Assembly: GCA_021463345.1 (NCBI GenBank)
Contig: JAJTYM010000007.1
Coordinates: forward strand, 19,641 to 83,640
Origin: Pseudobdellovibrionaceae bacterium
GTDB lineage: Bacteria > Bdellovibrionota > Bdellovibrionia > Bdellovibrionales > JAMPXM01
Direction: 5' to 3'
DNA: 64,000 nt
The translations under genes and the position numbers were made by a program. This document shows positions 54,584 to 63,894 of the stretch, one piece after another (position 1 is the first letter of the stretch; each line of letters starts with the position of its first letter). The notes beneath the pieces are model-generated. The model did not search any database, was not told the origin of the DNA, and worked only from the letters and a program-made list of their open reading frames with translations.

Positions 54584-55087
54584 ATGAACGATTTCCTGCG
54601 GGCCTACAAGAGGTACGATCCGGCGGCGAAGTCGGCTCTCGAGATCGCGTTGCTTTACCCCGGCCCCAAAGCGGTCTTCTTCCACCGGATCGCCCACGTG
54701 CTTTACGGGGCGGGTTTGTTTTTCCCGGCGCGTTTGGTCTCGGAGTTGTCGCGGTGGCTGACCGGGATCGAGATCCATCCCGGCGCGAAACTCGGGCGCC
54801 GGCTCGTGATCGATCATGGCATGGGCTTGGTGGTCGGAGAGACCGCCGAGGTCGGCGACGACTGCATCCTGTTCCACGGAGTCACCCTGGGCGGAACCAA
54901 ATTCGACCCGATCAAACGGCATCCCACCGTCGGGCACCGCGTGCTGATTGGCGCCGGGGCGAAAGTGCTGGGCCCCGTCGTCCTGGGAGACGACGCGCGC
55001 GTCGGCGCCAATTCGGTCGTCACCAAAGACGTGCCGGCCGGCAGAGTGGCCGCGGGGATCCCGGCCAGGCTCATGGAGCCCGGTTGA
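54584..55087 (+). CDS. cysE: serine O-acetyltransferase (short form)
   Basis: ...YPGPKAVFFHRIAH... and ...LTGIEIHPGAKLGRRLVIDHGMGLVVGETAEVGDDCILFHGVTLGG... are present, the latter being left-handed beta-helix hexapeptide repeats. Confidence 0.9.
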   Translation: MNDFLRAYKRYDPAAKSALEIALLYPGPKAVFFHRIAHVLYGAGLFFPARLVSELSRWLTGIEIHPGAKLGRRLVIDHGMGLVVGETAEVGDDCILFHGVTLGGTKFDPIKRHPTVGHRVLIGAGAKVLGPVVLGDDARVGANSVVTKDVPAGRVAAGIPARLMEPG

Positions 55088-55163
55088 GATCCGCCGCCCC
55101 CGCGCGGGCCTTCTCCCGATCGGCGCGGGCGAACCGCTGAACCCATTCACCCCGGACCGGATC

Positions 55164-55859
55164 TCACGCCTGCGGCTTCGTCCCGGGCGTTTCGAGGTTC
55201 TGGTGGTGCCAGAGCGAGTAGAAGACCGGGATCGTCATCGCGAACAGCATGGTGGCGACGGCGAGGAACAGGCTCGGCCGCGCGAGCAGATTGGCGATGA
55301 ACAGGAGCAGGCCCGTGAGCGCGGCGACGCGCGATGCGAACTTATGGGTCGCGTCCCAGTTCCTGCGCGAACCGAGGCTCCACGGCGTGCGCACGCCGAT
55401 GAAGCGGTTGGGCTCGACCTCGCCCAGGACCGACGCGATGAACATCATGAACAGCGCCAGGCCGCCGACGATCCACGGCTGCAGGAGCCCGGCGCTCGGG
55501 TGGATCGCGTTGAGGAGGGATCCGACGTGGATGGCGGCGAACAGCGTCCCCACGGCCGTGTTCGCGCGCCCGACGATCCGTTGCATCTTCGGCGACATGT
55601 CCTTGGTCACGAAGAAAACGAGGAGCGGGAAGAGCAGCAGATCGAGTGCGTAGACCGCCGGCAACAGGGCGAGCGCCGCCGCCCTGGAGCCGTGCTCGAC
55701 CGGGTTCCCATCGAGGCCGAAACGGATCGGGACCGGATCGGGGAGGAGGCTCGAGTAGTGGCCGCTCGCGGCGAGCATGAAGAGCAGCAAAAGCAGGCTG
55801 GGGGCGTAGGGCTGGATCGAAAGCCGCGCGGCCCGGGTCCTGGTTCGGTTTTCCGTCAT
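55164..55859 (-). CDS. SdpI/YhfL-family (DUF1648-containing) integral membrane protein
   Basis: ...LPDPVPIRFGLDGNPVEHGSR... is the DUF1648-like N-terminus. ...NRFIGVRTPWSLGSRRNWDATHKFASR... is the SdpI-like motif. There are multiple TM helices. Confidence 0.65.
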   Translation of the reverse strand: MTENRTRTRAARLSIQPYAPSLLLLLFMLAASGHYSSLLPDPVPIRFGLDGNPVEHGSRAAALALLPAVYALDLLLFPLLVFFVTKDMSPKMQRIVGRANTAVGTLFAAIHVGSLLNAIHPSAGLLQPWIVGGLALFMMFIASVLGEVEPNRFIGVRTPWSLGSRRNWDATHKFASRVAALTGLLLFIANLLARPSLFLAVATMLFAMTIPVFYSLWHHQNLETPGTKPQA

Positions 55860-55868
55860 CTTTTCACC

Positions 55869-56567
55869 TCACCGTCGTGGCTTTTTCGCGGCTTCGGGGG
55901 TCGTGGCCGCCTCGGGAAACAGCAGGAGGACGAATTCCGCCTTCCGGCCGGCGGTCTTGGCCGCGAGCTCCGGCAGCGTGCCCTCGAGCGCGAGTTCGTT
56001 TTCGAGCGTCAGGTCGAGACCGAGGAGCGCCCGTCGCTTGGGAAAGAGGGTCGCGAGCTCGGAGAGCAATTTGCCGAGGCGGTAGGGGGTGTCCATGACG
56101 ATCGCCGCCCGGGACTCGTTCCCGAGCTCGCGGAGAGCGGCGTTCCGCGTTTCGCGCTCGGCCGGCAGGAAGCCGCGGAACAGGAACTGGTCGATCCGCG
56201 CGCCGGCCAGGCTGAGAAGGCACATCAAGCTCGAAGCGCCCGGCAACGCCGTGACCGGGACTCCGGCCCCGCGGCAAGCGGCGACCAGGCGCGCGCCCGG
56301 ATCGCAGAAGCCGGGAGTGCCGGCGTCGGAGACGAGAGCGACGTTCTTCGCGCGGCAGAGCTCGAGCAGTTCGGCCACGTCGGCGTCCGTCGAATGCTCG
56401 TTGAGAAGGCGAAGGTCGCGGCTCTCAAGCCCGAGGCGCTTGAGGAGGGTCGAGGCCTCGCGGCGCTCCTCGCCGATGACCGCGTCCGCGCCCTTGAGGG
56501 CTTCGAGCGCGCGCAAAGTGATGTCGCCCAAGTTGCCGATCGGCGTCGCGACGATTTTCAGCGGCAT
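55869..56567 (-). CDS. rsmI: 16S rRNA (cytidine1402-2'-O)-methyltransferase
   Basis: The N-terminus is MPLKIVATPIGNLGDITLRALEALKGADAVIGEERR, and ...SDAGTPGFCDPG... is present. The ATG at 56567 lies inside track ORF 55869..56690. Confidence 0.9.
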   Translation of the reverse strand: MPLKIVATPIGNLGDITLRALEALKGADAVIGEERREASTLLKRLGLESRDLRLLNEHSTDADVAELLELCRAKNVALVSDAGTPGFCDPGARLVAACRGAGVPVTALPGASSLMCLLSLAGARIDQFLFRGFLPAERETRNAALRELGNESRAAIVMDTPYRLGKLLSELATLFPKRRALLGLDLTLENELALEGTLPELAAKTAGRKAEFVLLLFPEAATTPEAAKKPRR

Positions 56568-56583
56568 GACCGGCGCTCCAACC

Positions 56584-57165
56584 TTACTCTCCCGGTTGCG
56601 GGCGCGGTGGCTTCGGCAGTTCGTAATCCAGGTGCGGGAGCGCGTAAAGCAACGAGGCCGCGACGATCGAGTGGCCGAGGCTCCCGTCAAGGATCATGCG
56701 GTACACGTCCGGAATCGGCTTGAGCACCACCCTCAGGTCTTCGTAGGGATCCGGCGCGGGTTCGGCGATTTGCCGGCAGCCGAAGCCGATGTACGTGTGC
56801 ATGACGTTGTTCTGCATGGCCGGGTTGGGGCGGTGCCGCCCGATCAGGCGCAAGTCCCGCGCCTCGAAACCCGTCTCCTCCAGAAGTTCGCGGCGCACGG
56901 CGCTCGCGACGTCGGGGTCGGACGGGTCGGTGGAGCCGCCGGGGATTTCGAGCGTCGTCTCCCCGCCCGCGTGGCGGAACTGCTCGACGAGCACGATCTC
57001 GCCGTCGTCCGTGACGGGCACCACATTGGCCCAATCGGGGAATTCGAGCACGTAGTAGCGGGGCATGACGCGGCCGTCGGGCAACTCGCACTCGTCCACC
57101 CGGAGTCGGAAGACCCCGCTTGAGAACAGCTCCCGGCTCGCGCGGGTCTTCCACGGCTTGATCAC
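56584..57165 (-). CDS. NUDIX hydrolase
   Basis: The Nudix box is GGSTDPSDPDVASAVRRELLEETGF. The GTG start at 57165 overlaps the upstream stop (GTGA). The rest of track ORF 56584..57702 is an alternative frame of the HAD gene. Confidence 0.85.
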   Translation of the reverse strand: MIKPWKTRASRELFSSGVFRLRVDECELPDGRVMPRYYVLEFPDWANVVPVTDDGEIVLVEQFRHAGGETTLEIPGGSTDPSDPDVASAVRRELLEETGFEARDLRLIGRHRPNPAMQNNVMHTYIGFGCRQIAEPAPDPYEDLRVVLKPIPDVYRMILDGSLGHSIVAASLLYALPHLDYELPKPPRPQPGE

Positions 57166-57926
57166 GAGGCCCCCTCGCCCTTGCAGAGCCAATCGGTTTC
57201 GAAGTGCGGGACGCGCGCGAGCTCCGGCGCCGCTCGCTCCCGGCCCGAATGGGTCGTCTCGATGAACACGAGGTTCACGCCGGGGCAGTTTTCGCGCACG
57301 AGGTTGAGGTTCACCGGCTCGTTCTCGAAGAGCCAGACGTGGCGGTAGGCCCGAACCTCGTTTTGGAGGACGGAGAGCTTGAAGCGCGCGTCGTTCAGCC
57401 CGGGCTCCGGCTTCAGGAGCAGCCGCGCGCGCTCGTGGCCGAGCGGGAATCCCCACGCACGCAACGAGGCCAGCGTGCCGTCGCGCATGCGGCCGGTGTC
57501 CCGGCCGGTGAGGTACATGATATGGGCGCCTTCGTTTTCCAGCGCGCGGACGAACTCGACCGCTCCCGGCATGGGCCGGTCCTCGCCGAGATAGGCGTTG
57601 TTGAAAAAGAAGTGAAGCCAGTGGGAATGCAGCTCGCTGAAGAAATCGGGGTGGTCCGCCTCCCGCAAACCCGCCCGGCCGAGACCCTCCTTCAGGCCCC
57701 AATCCTGCGGGTGGATCCGCGCGGCGAGCGTTTTTTCACAGGCCTCCGGATATTTTTTTCGGCGTTCCGGGTCGTGCGCGAAGGTTTCGATGATCTTCTG
57801 CACGCGGCCCGTGAGGTCGTAGAGCGTCGAATCCAGGTCGAAGACGGCCAGGAACGGTTCGCGGTCGCGGCGGGCGCCACGGGCCGATTCCAGGGCTTTT
57901 CGCAGGATTGAAGGGGCTTCGCGCAT
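57162..57926 (-). CDS. HAD-superfamily hydrolase-like protein
   Basis: FLAVFDLDSTLYD is the DxD motif I. ...IMYLTGRD... is motif II-like. The C-terminal part is ...WLFENEPVN.... Confidence 0.65.
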   Translation of the reverse strand: MREAPSILRKALESARGARRDREPFLAVFDLDSTLYDLTGRVQKIIETFAHDPERRKKYPEACEKTLAARIHPQDWGLKEGLGRAGLREADHPDFFSELHSHWLHFFFNNAYLGEDRPMPGAVEFVRALENEGAHIMYLTGRDTGRMRDGTLASLRAWGFPLGHERARLLLKPEPGLNDARFKLSVLQNEVRAYRHVWLFENEPVNLNLVRENCPGVNLVFIETTHSGRERAAPELARVPHFETDWLCKGEGAS

Positions 57927-58171
57927 GTGACGCCGGTTCTAGCAGAGCGTCGCTGGAAGCGCCAGCCCGCGGACCGCCGGTTCCGTCAAGGCCGTGTCAG
58001 AAGTCTCAAGTCGGGAGTTCAGCGTTGTGAAACCGGGGCGAGTTTGTTAGAAAAAACGCGGATTCAAAGACAAGCTCAAGTCCGCCCAGGGCCTGCGATT
58101 TTCAGGTTCGGCCCCAGGCCCGGCTTTCGATCCGGCGTTTGGGCCGCGATTTGAGCGACGAGAGGTATCCG

Positions 58172-59125
58172 ATGGCTCGTTGCGACGCTCGAAGGTCCGT
58201 ACTCGCCCTAGCCGCGTTCGCGTTGCTTCCGGCCGTCAGTTCGGCTCTCAGTGGCTGCACCTTCAAAAAGGCCGAACTCGGCACGAAAGAGAACCCCGTC
58301 AAGGTCTTCTTTGTCCCGAGCGTCGACGCGAAGGTCGTCGACGCGAGTTCCAAAGAGATCAAAGCCTTCCTCGAAGCCAACACGCCGTATGAATACCGGA
58401 TCAAAGTCCCGCAGAGTTACATCGGCGTCGTCGAGGCTTTCGGGTCGAAACAGGCCGATGTCGCGGCGTTGAACACCTTCGGCTACCTGCTCGCCAACAA
58501 GAAATACGGCGTCGAAGCCAAACTCACCGTGACCCGCTTCGGTTCGAGCACCTATCAGGCGCAGTTCCTGGCGCGCGCCGACGGCGGGATCAAGGATCTC
58601 AAGGACCTCGAGGGCAAGAAGCTCGCGTTCGTCGACCCCGCGTCGACCTCCGGGTATTTGCTCCCGATGAAGATGCTCAAGGACTCGGGAATCAAGATCG
58701 GCGAGCACATCTTCGCCATGAAACACGACAACGTCGTTTCGATGATTTACAACAAACAGGTCGACGCCGGCGCCACGTTCTATTCGCCCCCCGAGGACGG
58801 CGAGATCCAGGACGCCCGTCGCCTCGTCAAAACGCAGCATCCCGACGTCGAGGAGCGCGTGAAGATCGTCAAACTCACCGAGCCGATCCCCAATGATCCC
58901 ATCGTGTTCCGCAAAGAGATGCCGGAGGCGATGAAGACCGCGATCATCGAGGCGCTCCTCAAATTCGTGGCGACGCCCGAAGGCAGGGAGTCTTTCAAGA
59001 AGGTCTACGGCGTCACCGACCTGCAGGCGGCCACCGACGCCGATTACGACAAAGTCCGCAAAATGATGAAGGAGCTCGGCGTCGACGTCGGCTCGGTCCT
59101 GTCGAGCGAAAAAACCAAGAAATGA
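58172..59125 (+). CDS. phnD: phosphonate/phosphite ABC transporter substrate-binding lipoprotein
   Basis: The signal peptide plus lipobox is MARCDARRSVLALAAFALLPAVSSALSGC. ...NPVKVFFVPS..., ...YQAQFLARAD... and ...FVDPASTSGYLLP... are present. It is followed by phnC and phnE. Confidence 0.85.
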   Translation: MARCDARRSVLALAAFALLPAVSSALSGCTFKKAELGTKENPVKVFFVPSVDAKVVDASSKEIKAFLEANTPYEYRIKVPQSYIGVVEAFGSKQADVAALNTFGYLLANKKYGVEAKLTVTRFGSSTYQAQFLARADGGIKDLKDLEGKKLAFVDPASTSGYLLPMKMLKDSGIKIGEHIFAMKHDNVVSMIYNKQVDAGATFYSPPEDGEIQDARRLVKTQHPDVEERVKIVKLTEPIPNDPIVFRKEMPEAMKTAIIEALLKFVATPEGRESFKKVYGVTDLQAATDADYDKVRKMMKELGVDVGSVLSSEKTKK

Positions 59126-59910
59126 GCGCGCGCGTGAGCAATCCCGAAACGATCCTGTCGGTCCGCGATCTCGAAAAGACGTACCCCAACGGGGTGCGCG
59201 CCCTGAAGGGCGTCAGTTTCGATGTGAAGCGGGGGGAATTCCTCGTCATCATCGGCCTGAGCGGCTCCGGCAAGTCGACGATGCTCCGCTGTTTGAACCG
59301 CTTGCACGACCCGACGGGGGGGCGCATCCTCTTCAAGGGCCGGGACGTCACGGGCATCGAGGGCCAGGGGGTCCTCGAGCTGCGCAGCCGCATCGGCATG
59401 ATCTTCCAGCACTTCAACCTGATCCCGCGCCACACGGTCATCGGAAACGTGCTGTCCGGGGCGTTGTCGCGCACGTCGACGCTCAAGAGCGTGCTCGGCC
59501 TCTGGTCGCGCGAGGACCGCGAAAAAGCGATGCGGTACCTGCGCCTCGTCGGCATCGGCGACAAAGCGTACTACCGGGCGGCGCAGCTCTCCGGCGGCCA
59601 GCAGCAGCGCGTGGCCATCGCTCGGGCCCTCACGCAATCGCCGGACGTGCTGCTCGCCGACGAGCCGGTCGCGAGCCTGGATCCGGCGACCTGCCACACG
59701 GTCATGGATTACCTGAAGAAGGTGAACCAGGAACTGGGGCTCACGATCATCTGCAACCTGCACTTCCTCAGCCTCGTCCGGCAGTACGCCACGCGAGTGA
59801 TCGCGCTCAAGGGCGGGGAGGTCGTTTATGAGGGCGACCCGAACAGCATCGACGACGCTTGGTTCCAGCGCATCTACGGGGAAGGCGCGAAAGAAGTCCA
59901 CATCAACTGA
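59122..59910 (+). CDS. phnC: phosphonate ABC transporter ATP-binding protein
   Basis: Walker A is GLSGSGKST, the signature is LSGGQQQR and Walker B is VLLADEPV. The ATG overlaps the phnD stop. Confidence 0.9.
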   Translation: MSARVSNPETILSVRDLEKTYPNGVRALKGVSFDVKRGEFLVIIGLSGSGKSTMLRCLNRLHDPTGGRILFKGRDVTGIEGQGVLELRSRIGMIFQHFNLIPRHTVIGNVLSGALSRTSTLKSVLGLWSREDREKAMRYLRLVGIGDKAYYRAAQLSGGQQQRVAIARALTQSPDVLLADEPVASLDPATCHTVMDYLKKVNQELGLTIICNLHFLSLVRQYATRVIALKGGEVVYEGDPNSIDDAWFQRIYGEGAKEVHIN

Positions 59911-59935
59911 TGTCCGGCACAAAAGGCGAAAAAGC

Positions 59936-60982
59936 ATGACCCAAACCTCGATCGGCCCCGCTGTCCGCCGCACCATCTTCGACGCTTTCGTGTTCGCGTA
60001 CGTGGCTTTCGCGTTGTACGCGCTCGCCACGAACCCGACCGAGGAGATGCTCCTCGATCTCGAGCGGAACGCCGCGCTCGCCGGCTCGCTCGCGCTCGTC
60101 GGCGCGGCCGCGTCGCTCGCGTTCAACAAATCCGGCTGCCGCACGCTCGGCGAAGTGCTCTTCGCGCCGGCGCACAAGCGCCAGGCGGCCGGGGAGCCGA
60201 AAGCCTGGTTCAAGACGTTCTGGGGCCAGCAGGCGGTGGTGACCACTTTGGTCACGCTCGTCGCCGGGCTCATCGTCACCGAGTTCAGCCTGGTCGCCCT
60301 GCTCGACCGCGAGCGGATCTCACAGGCTTCGAAGCTCCTGGGGCAGCTTTTCAATCCCGGCTGGGCGATCCTGCCGACCGTCGTGCTCCACATGGTGCAG
60401 ACCGTGTACATGGCTTTCGTCGCCACGGCCATAGCGGTTCCGATCGCTTTCGCGCTCAGCTTCCTCTCGGCCAAGAACATCATGCGCTCGTCGGCCGCCG
60501 GCCTGGCGACCTACACGATCCTCCGCGTGATCTTCAACGTGTCCCGTTCGATCGAGCCGATCATCTGGGCGATCATTTTCGCGCTTTGGGTCGGCTTCGG
60601 GCCGTTCGCCGGCATGCTCGCGCTCATGATCCAATCCATCGCGTCGCTCGCGAAACAGTATTCGGAGTACGTTGAAGGCGTCGACGAGGGCCCGATCGAG
60701 GGGATCCGCTCGACGGGCGCGACGATGCTGCAGACGGTGTGGTTCGCGATCGTGCCCCAGGTGACGTTGCCGTACATCTCGTACACGATCTATCGCTGGG
60801 ACACGAACGTGCGCATGGCGACCATCATCGGGTTCGTCGGCGGCGGCGGGATCGGCAAGCTCCTCATCGAATACCAGCTGCAGGGCGCGTGGCCCGAGGT
60901 CGGCTGCATCCTTCTCGTCGTCGCCTTCGTCGTATGGGTGATGGACGCGTTTTCCGCCTACGTCCGCGAGGCGATCAAGTGA
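59936..60982 (+). CDS. phnE: phosphonate ABC transporter permease with N-terminal extension
   Basis: ...RSIEPIIWAIIFALWVGFGPFAGMLALMIQSIASLAKQYSEYVEGVDEGPIEGIRSTGA... is the PhnE-type EAA loop. The ATG at 59936 lies inside track ORF 59828... Confidence 0.85.
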   Translation: MTQTSIGPAVRRTIFDAFVFAYVAFALYALATNPTEEMLLDLERNAALAGSLALVGAAASLAFNKSGCRTLGEVLFAPAHKRQAAGEPKAWFKTFWGQQAVVTTLVTLVAGLIVTEFSLVALLDRERISQASKLLGQLFNPGWAILPTVVLHMVQTVYMAFVATAIAVPIAFALSFLSAKNIMRSSAAGLATYTILRVIFNVSRSIEPIIWAIIFALWVGFGPFAGMLALMIQSIASLAKQYSEYVEGVDEGPIEGIRSTGATMLQTVWFAIVPQVTLPYISYTIYRWDTNVRMATIIGFVGGGGIGKLLIEYQLQGAWPEVGCILLVVAFVVWVMDAFSAYVREAIK

Positions 60983-61078
60983 GCCGGTTCGTCCCACGCC
61001 GGCCCCGCGAACGTTTTCATCGAGGCCGGACCGCCCGTTGATCCCCGGCCCCCGCCGGCGAGAGCCGGGACCCGTCGT

Positions 61079-62692
61079 TCATTCGCGGTCGAACTCGCCG
61101 GCATCGATCCGACGCTTCAGGTCCTTGCACGCGGGCGGCACGGGCAGGCCCCGATAATGTTCGGCGGCCGTCGGCATCGTGTAGTTCGGCAGCTCTTCCG
61201 GGCTGAATTCGATGACCGACTTCGGCTCGCAGTAGAACACCTCGACTTTCGACGGCTTGCCGTCGGCGCGCGTGGCGCCCACGCCGCGCAAATGGACTTC
61301 GCGAAGGTCCGACTTGTACGAGAACGCGATGCCGTCCGAGCCGATCTCGAAATCCGGCACGCGAGGCACGTCTTTGCCGTCGACGAGCACGCAAACGGTC
61401 GCCGGGTCGATGGCGACGCTGTTTTTGAGCTGGAACTGCGATTTCACCTCGAGCTTCACCGCCGCGGCCTCGCCGATCTGGCGCATGCCGGTCTCGTAAT
61501 CGTTTTTCGAGATGTCGACGGCGACGCCTTCGTTGTCGCGGATCAGGTCCAGGTAGCCGTAACCGACTTCGTTTTCGGAGAAGTATTCGGGGAATTTCTC
61601 GTCGGGCGCGGGCACGGTCGGGACCGAGGCCTCTTCGGTGTAGAGGATCCCCGAGATCAGGAGGGGGTTCGCCTTGTCCGTCCCGGGAATCCGTTGCAGT
61701 TCGCGCAGTTTCTCGTAGACGGAACGCGAGGTGACGGTCGGGTTGCCGTCGGCGTCGCGGCAGTAGACCGAGTTGGCCTTTTCTTCGACGGTGAGCCCGG
61801 TATTCAGGTATTGGTTCACGTTCGCTTTGGGCTCGACGCCCGGGGGGTAGTTCACGCCGTACGAGCACAGGTCGTTCTCGTCGGAGATGAAAATGACGGC
61901 GAGCGCCGCATCGGGACGGAAGAACCCGAGGCGGCGGTTTTCACTGAGCAACGGCTCGGTGACGCCTTTGTCGAGCGAATAGAGGCCCGCTTCCCCGCCG
62001 TCGGTGGCGCCCTCGACGCGCATTTTGGTCAGCTTCTGGACGAGCAGGCGGTTGAGCTGCTGCCAGTCCCGCTCGGTTTTCGTGCTTTTGAGGACGGCCG
62101 CTTCGCCGGCCGTGACGATGAGTTTGCCGGCGAGCCCGGTCGATTTTTTGTTCGCGCTGTCGTAGGAATAGTCCGCGTGCGCGGCCATGACCGCGAATCG
62201 GTAGTCGGTCCCGGACGGGAGGGCTTCGACGAATTTGCGCACGCCTTTGGCGATCGCCCCGCGCTCGGTTTCGAGCGAAGGCGAGGTGTCGGCCACGAAC
62301 AGGATGTCGATCTTGGCGAGCTTCGCCGGCGGTTGGGCGAATTCGCCTTTCTGGCACGTGGGGCATTTGACGCCCTGGGGTTTGGCGACGTTCGGATTGT
62401 GCGCGTCCCTGCAGATCGGGTGGCGGGCCGAGGCGGCGACGTCGTGCATGTCCATTTCGGCGAACGTTTCGGGTTGCGGTTCCTCCGGTTCGGCGATCGG
62501 GGTCGAGGCGTCGCGCACGGGCTCGAAATTCATCGGGCCGTGGGGTTCGGCGAAATCGGGGACGTCTTCCTGGGCCTGGTTTGGAACGGGTTGCGCGCCC
62601 TTGTGAGAGGCTCCGCCGCAAGCGACCAGGGCGGGCAGGACCAGCAGGGCCGCGGCCAAAAACAGGGCTGGCGAGTCGAAATCCGTTTTCAC
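61079..62692 (-). CDS. lipoprotein with a VWA-like (DxSxS) segment, hypothetical
   Basis: FLAAALLVLPALVAC contains the lipobox. ...IDILFVADTSPSLETERGAI... is a MIDAS-like D-x-S-x-S. A ...VKCPTCQKGEF... Cys pair is present. The protein is 537 aa. Confidence 0.65.
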   Translation of the reverse strand: MKTDFDSPALFLAAALLVLPALVACGGASHKGAQPVPNQAQEDVPDFAEPHGPMNFEPVRDASTPIAEPEEPQPETFAEMDMHDVAASARHPICRDAHNPNVAKPQGVKCPTCQKGEFAQPPAKLAKIDILFVADTSPSLETERGAIAKGVRKFVEALPSGTDYRFAVMAAHADYSYDSANKKSTGLAGKLIVTAGEAAVLKSTKTERDWQQLNRLLVQKLTKMRVEGATDGGEAGLYSLDKGVTEPLLSENRRLGFFRPDAALAVIFISDENDLCSYGVNYPPGVEPKANVNQYLNTGLTVEEKANSVYCRDADGNPTVTSRSVYEKLRELQRIPGTDKANPLLISGILYTEEASVPTVPAPDEKFPEYFSENEVGYGYLDLIRDNEGVAVDISKNDYETGMRQIGEAAAVKLEVKSQFQLKNSVAIDPATVCVLVDGKDVPRVPDFEIGSDGIAFSYKSDLREVHLRGVGATRADGKPSKVEVFYCEPKSVIEFSPEELPNYTMPTAAEHYRGLPVPPACKDLKRRIDAGEFDRE

Positions 62693-63057
62693 GTTTGCCT
62701 CCGTCCTTTGGTCCGAAAGCAGGGACCGTGCCGACCTCCGTGCCGCTCGCGCGTACGTTTCAAGGGGGTCCCAGGCCCGGCGTTTCGGTCCCGCCGCCGT
62801 TTTTCAGCGTCGTTTTGAAGAAAAGAAACGGCCTTCGCGGTTTCACCGGCGCCGCGCGCTGTTTTGCGGGGCCCTGTCGCCCGGTTCGACGGAAACCGCG
62901 GGATTCGGCCCCGCCCCGCCCCTTCGTCCCGTCCTTCCGCGCTTGGGAGGGCGCTGGAAGTTCGACACTTTCCGGCGATCGCGCCCGCCGCGGCGATCGC
63001 GCTTAAGTCGTTGAAAGCAAAGTCCGATCGGATGTTTCGTTGGAATCAGAGGTACGT

Positions 63058-63861
63058 ATGCAAGAATTGTTTTTCGTCGCCCACGCGGGCGAACAGGCGG
63101 GCCCGTTTTCCCTCGACGAGATTTTCTCGAGAATCGAGTCGCGGGAATTGGATCCGAACGATTACATCTACGACGAGGCGTCGCAGGACTGGGTCGTCTT
63201 GATGGCGTACCCAGCGCTCTCTGAGAAGATGAAATCGATGAAGCCGTCGGCGCCCCCGAAGCCGAGCCCGGGGTCGGCTTCCGTCACGCCGATGCACGTC
63301 GGCGCGGTCGAGTGGTTCGTCCTCAAGGGCGAAAACAAGTTCGGCCCGTTCACGCTCCTCGACGTCGTCAAGATGCTCCAGGACAAAAGCGTGTTCGAGT
63401 TCGACTACGTCTGGCACGCGGGCCTGAAAGCCTGGAAGCGCGTCGCGGAAGTCGAGGACTTCCGGCCCGAAGCCATCCGCTCCCTCAAGGAGGCCAGGCT
63501 GCCCGATCTCACCGAGATCTTCTTCCGGCGCCGCCACGCGCGCGTCGGGCACGGGGCTTCGATCCTCGTGCACGACAACAAGTCGGTTTGGAAAGGGAGG
63601 AGCGTCGAGATCAGCTCCGGCGGCGCCGGCGTCGTCGTGGAGAACGCGTTTCTCCAGCCCGGGCAAGCCATCCACCTGCACTTCAAGCCGGGCGACGGCA
63701 TGCCGGCGTTCAACGCGACCTGCGAAGTCGTGTCCAAGAAATTCGTCCAGGTGGCGGGCCAGAGCTCGCCGGTTCGGTACGGCGTCAAGTTCGTCCATCT
63801 GAACCAGCAGGCTCAGAAGGATTTGAAGGACTACACCGCGAAAAAGAAAAAAGCGGCCTGA
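63058..63861 (+). CDS. tandem GYF_2-like domains plus C-terminal PilZ domain protein (putative c-di-GMP effector)
   Basis: GYF_2-like repeat 1 is FFVAHAGEQAGPFSLDEIFSRIESRELDPNDYIYDEASQDWVVL. Repeat 2 is WFVLKGENKFGPFTLLDVVKMLQDKSVFEFDYVWHAGLKAWKRV. The PilZ motifs are RRRHAR (RxxxR) and EISSGG (near-canonical D/NxSxxG). Confidence 0.75.
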   Translation: MQELFFVAHAGEQAGPFSLDEIFSRIESRELDPNDYIYDEASQDWVVLMAYPALSEKMKSMKPSAPPKPSPGSASVTPMHVGAVEWFVLKGENKFGPFTLLDVVKMLQDKSVFEFDYVWHAGLKAWKRVAEVEDFRPEAIRSLKEARLPDLTEIFFRRRHARVGHGASILVHDNKSVWKGRSVEISSGGAGVVVENAFLQPGQAIHLHFKPGDGMPAFNATCEVVSKKFVQVAGQSSPVRYGVKFVHLNQQAQKDLKDYTAKKKKAA

Positions 63862-63894
63862 GCGGGTGACCGCTCGGACCGATGGGAGTCCGTC

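Noticed and set aside
277-55150. Dozens of long ORFs antisense to, or in alternative frames of, recognised genes. Examples are 3479..4687(-), 4700..6283(-), 9417..11240(+), 12575..14551(+), 19227..21338(+), 21320..23893(+), 33173..35533(-), 34384..36717(+), 48124..49704(-) and 53459..55150(-).
   Set aside because: Their translations are dominated by Arg/Ala/Gly/Pro/Asp runs with no motifs. They fully overlap genes with clear family signatures. Stop-codon scarcity in roughly 70% G+C DNA produces such ORFs by chance.
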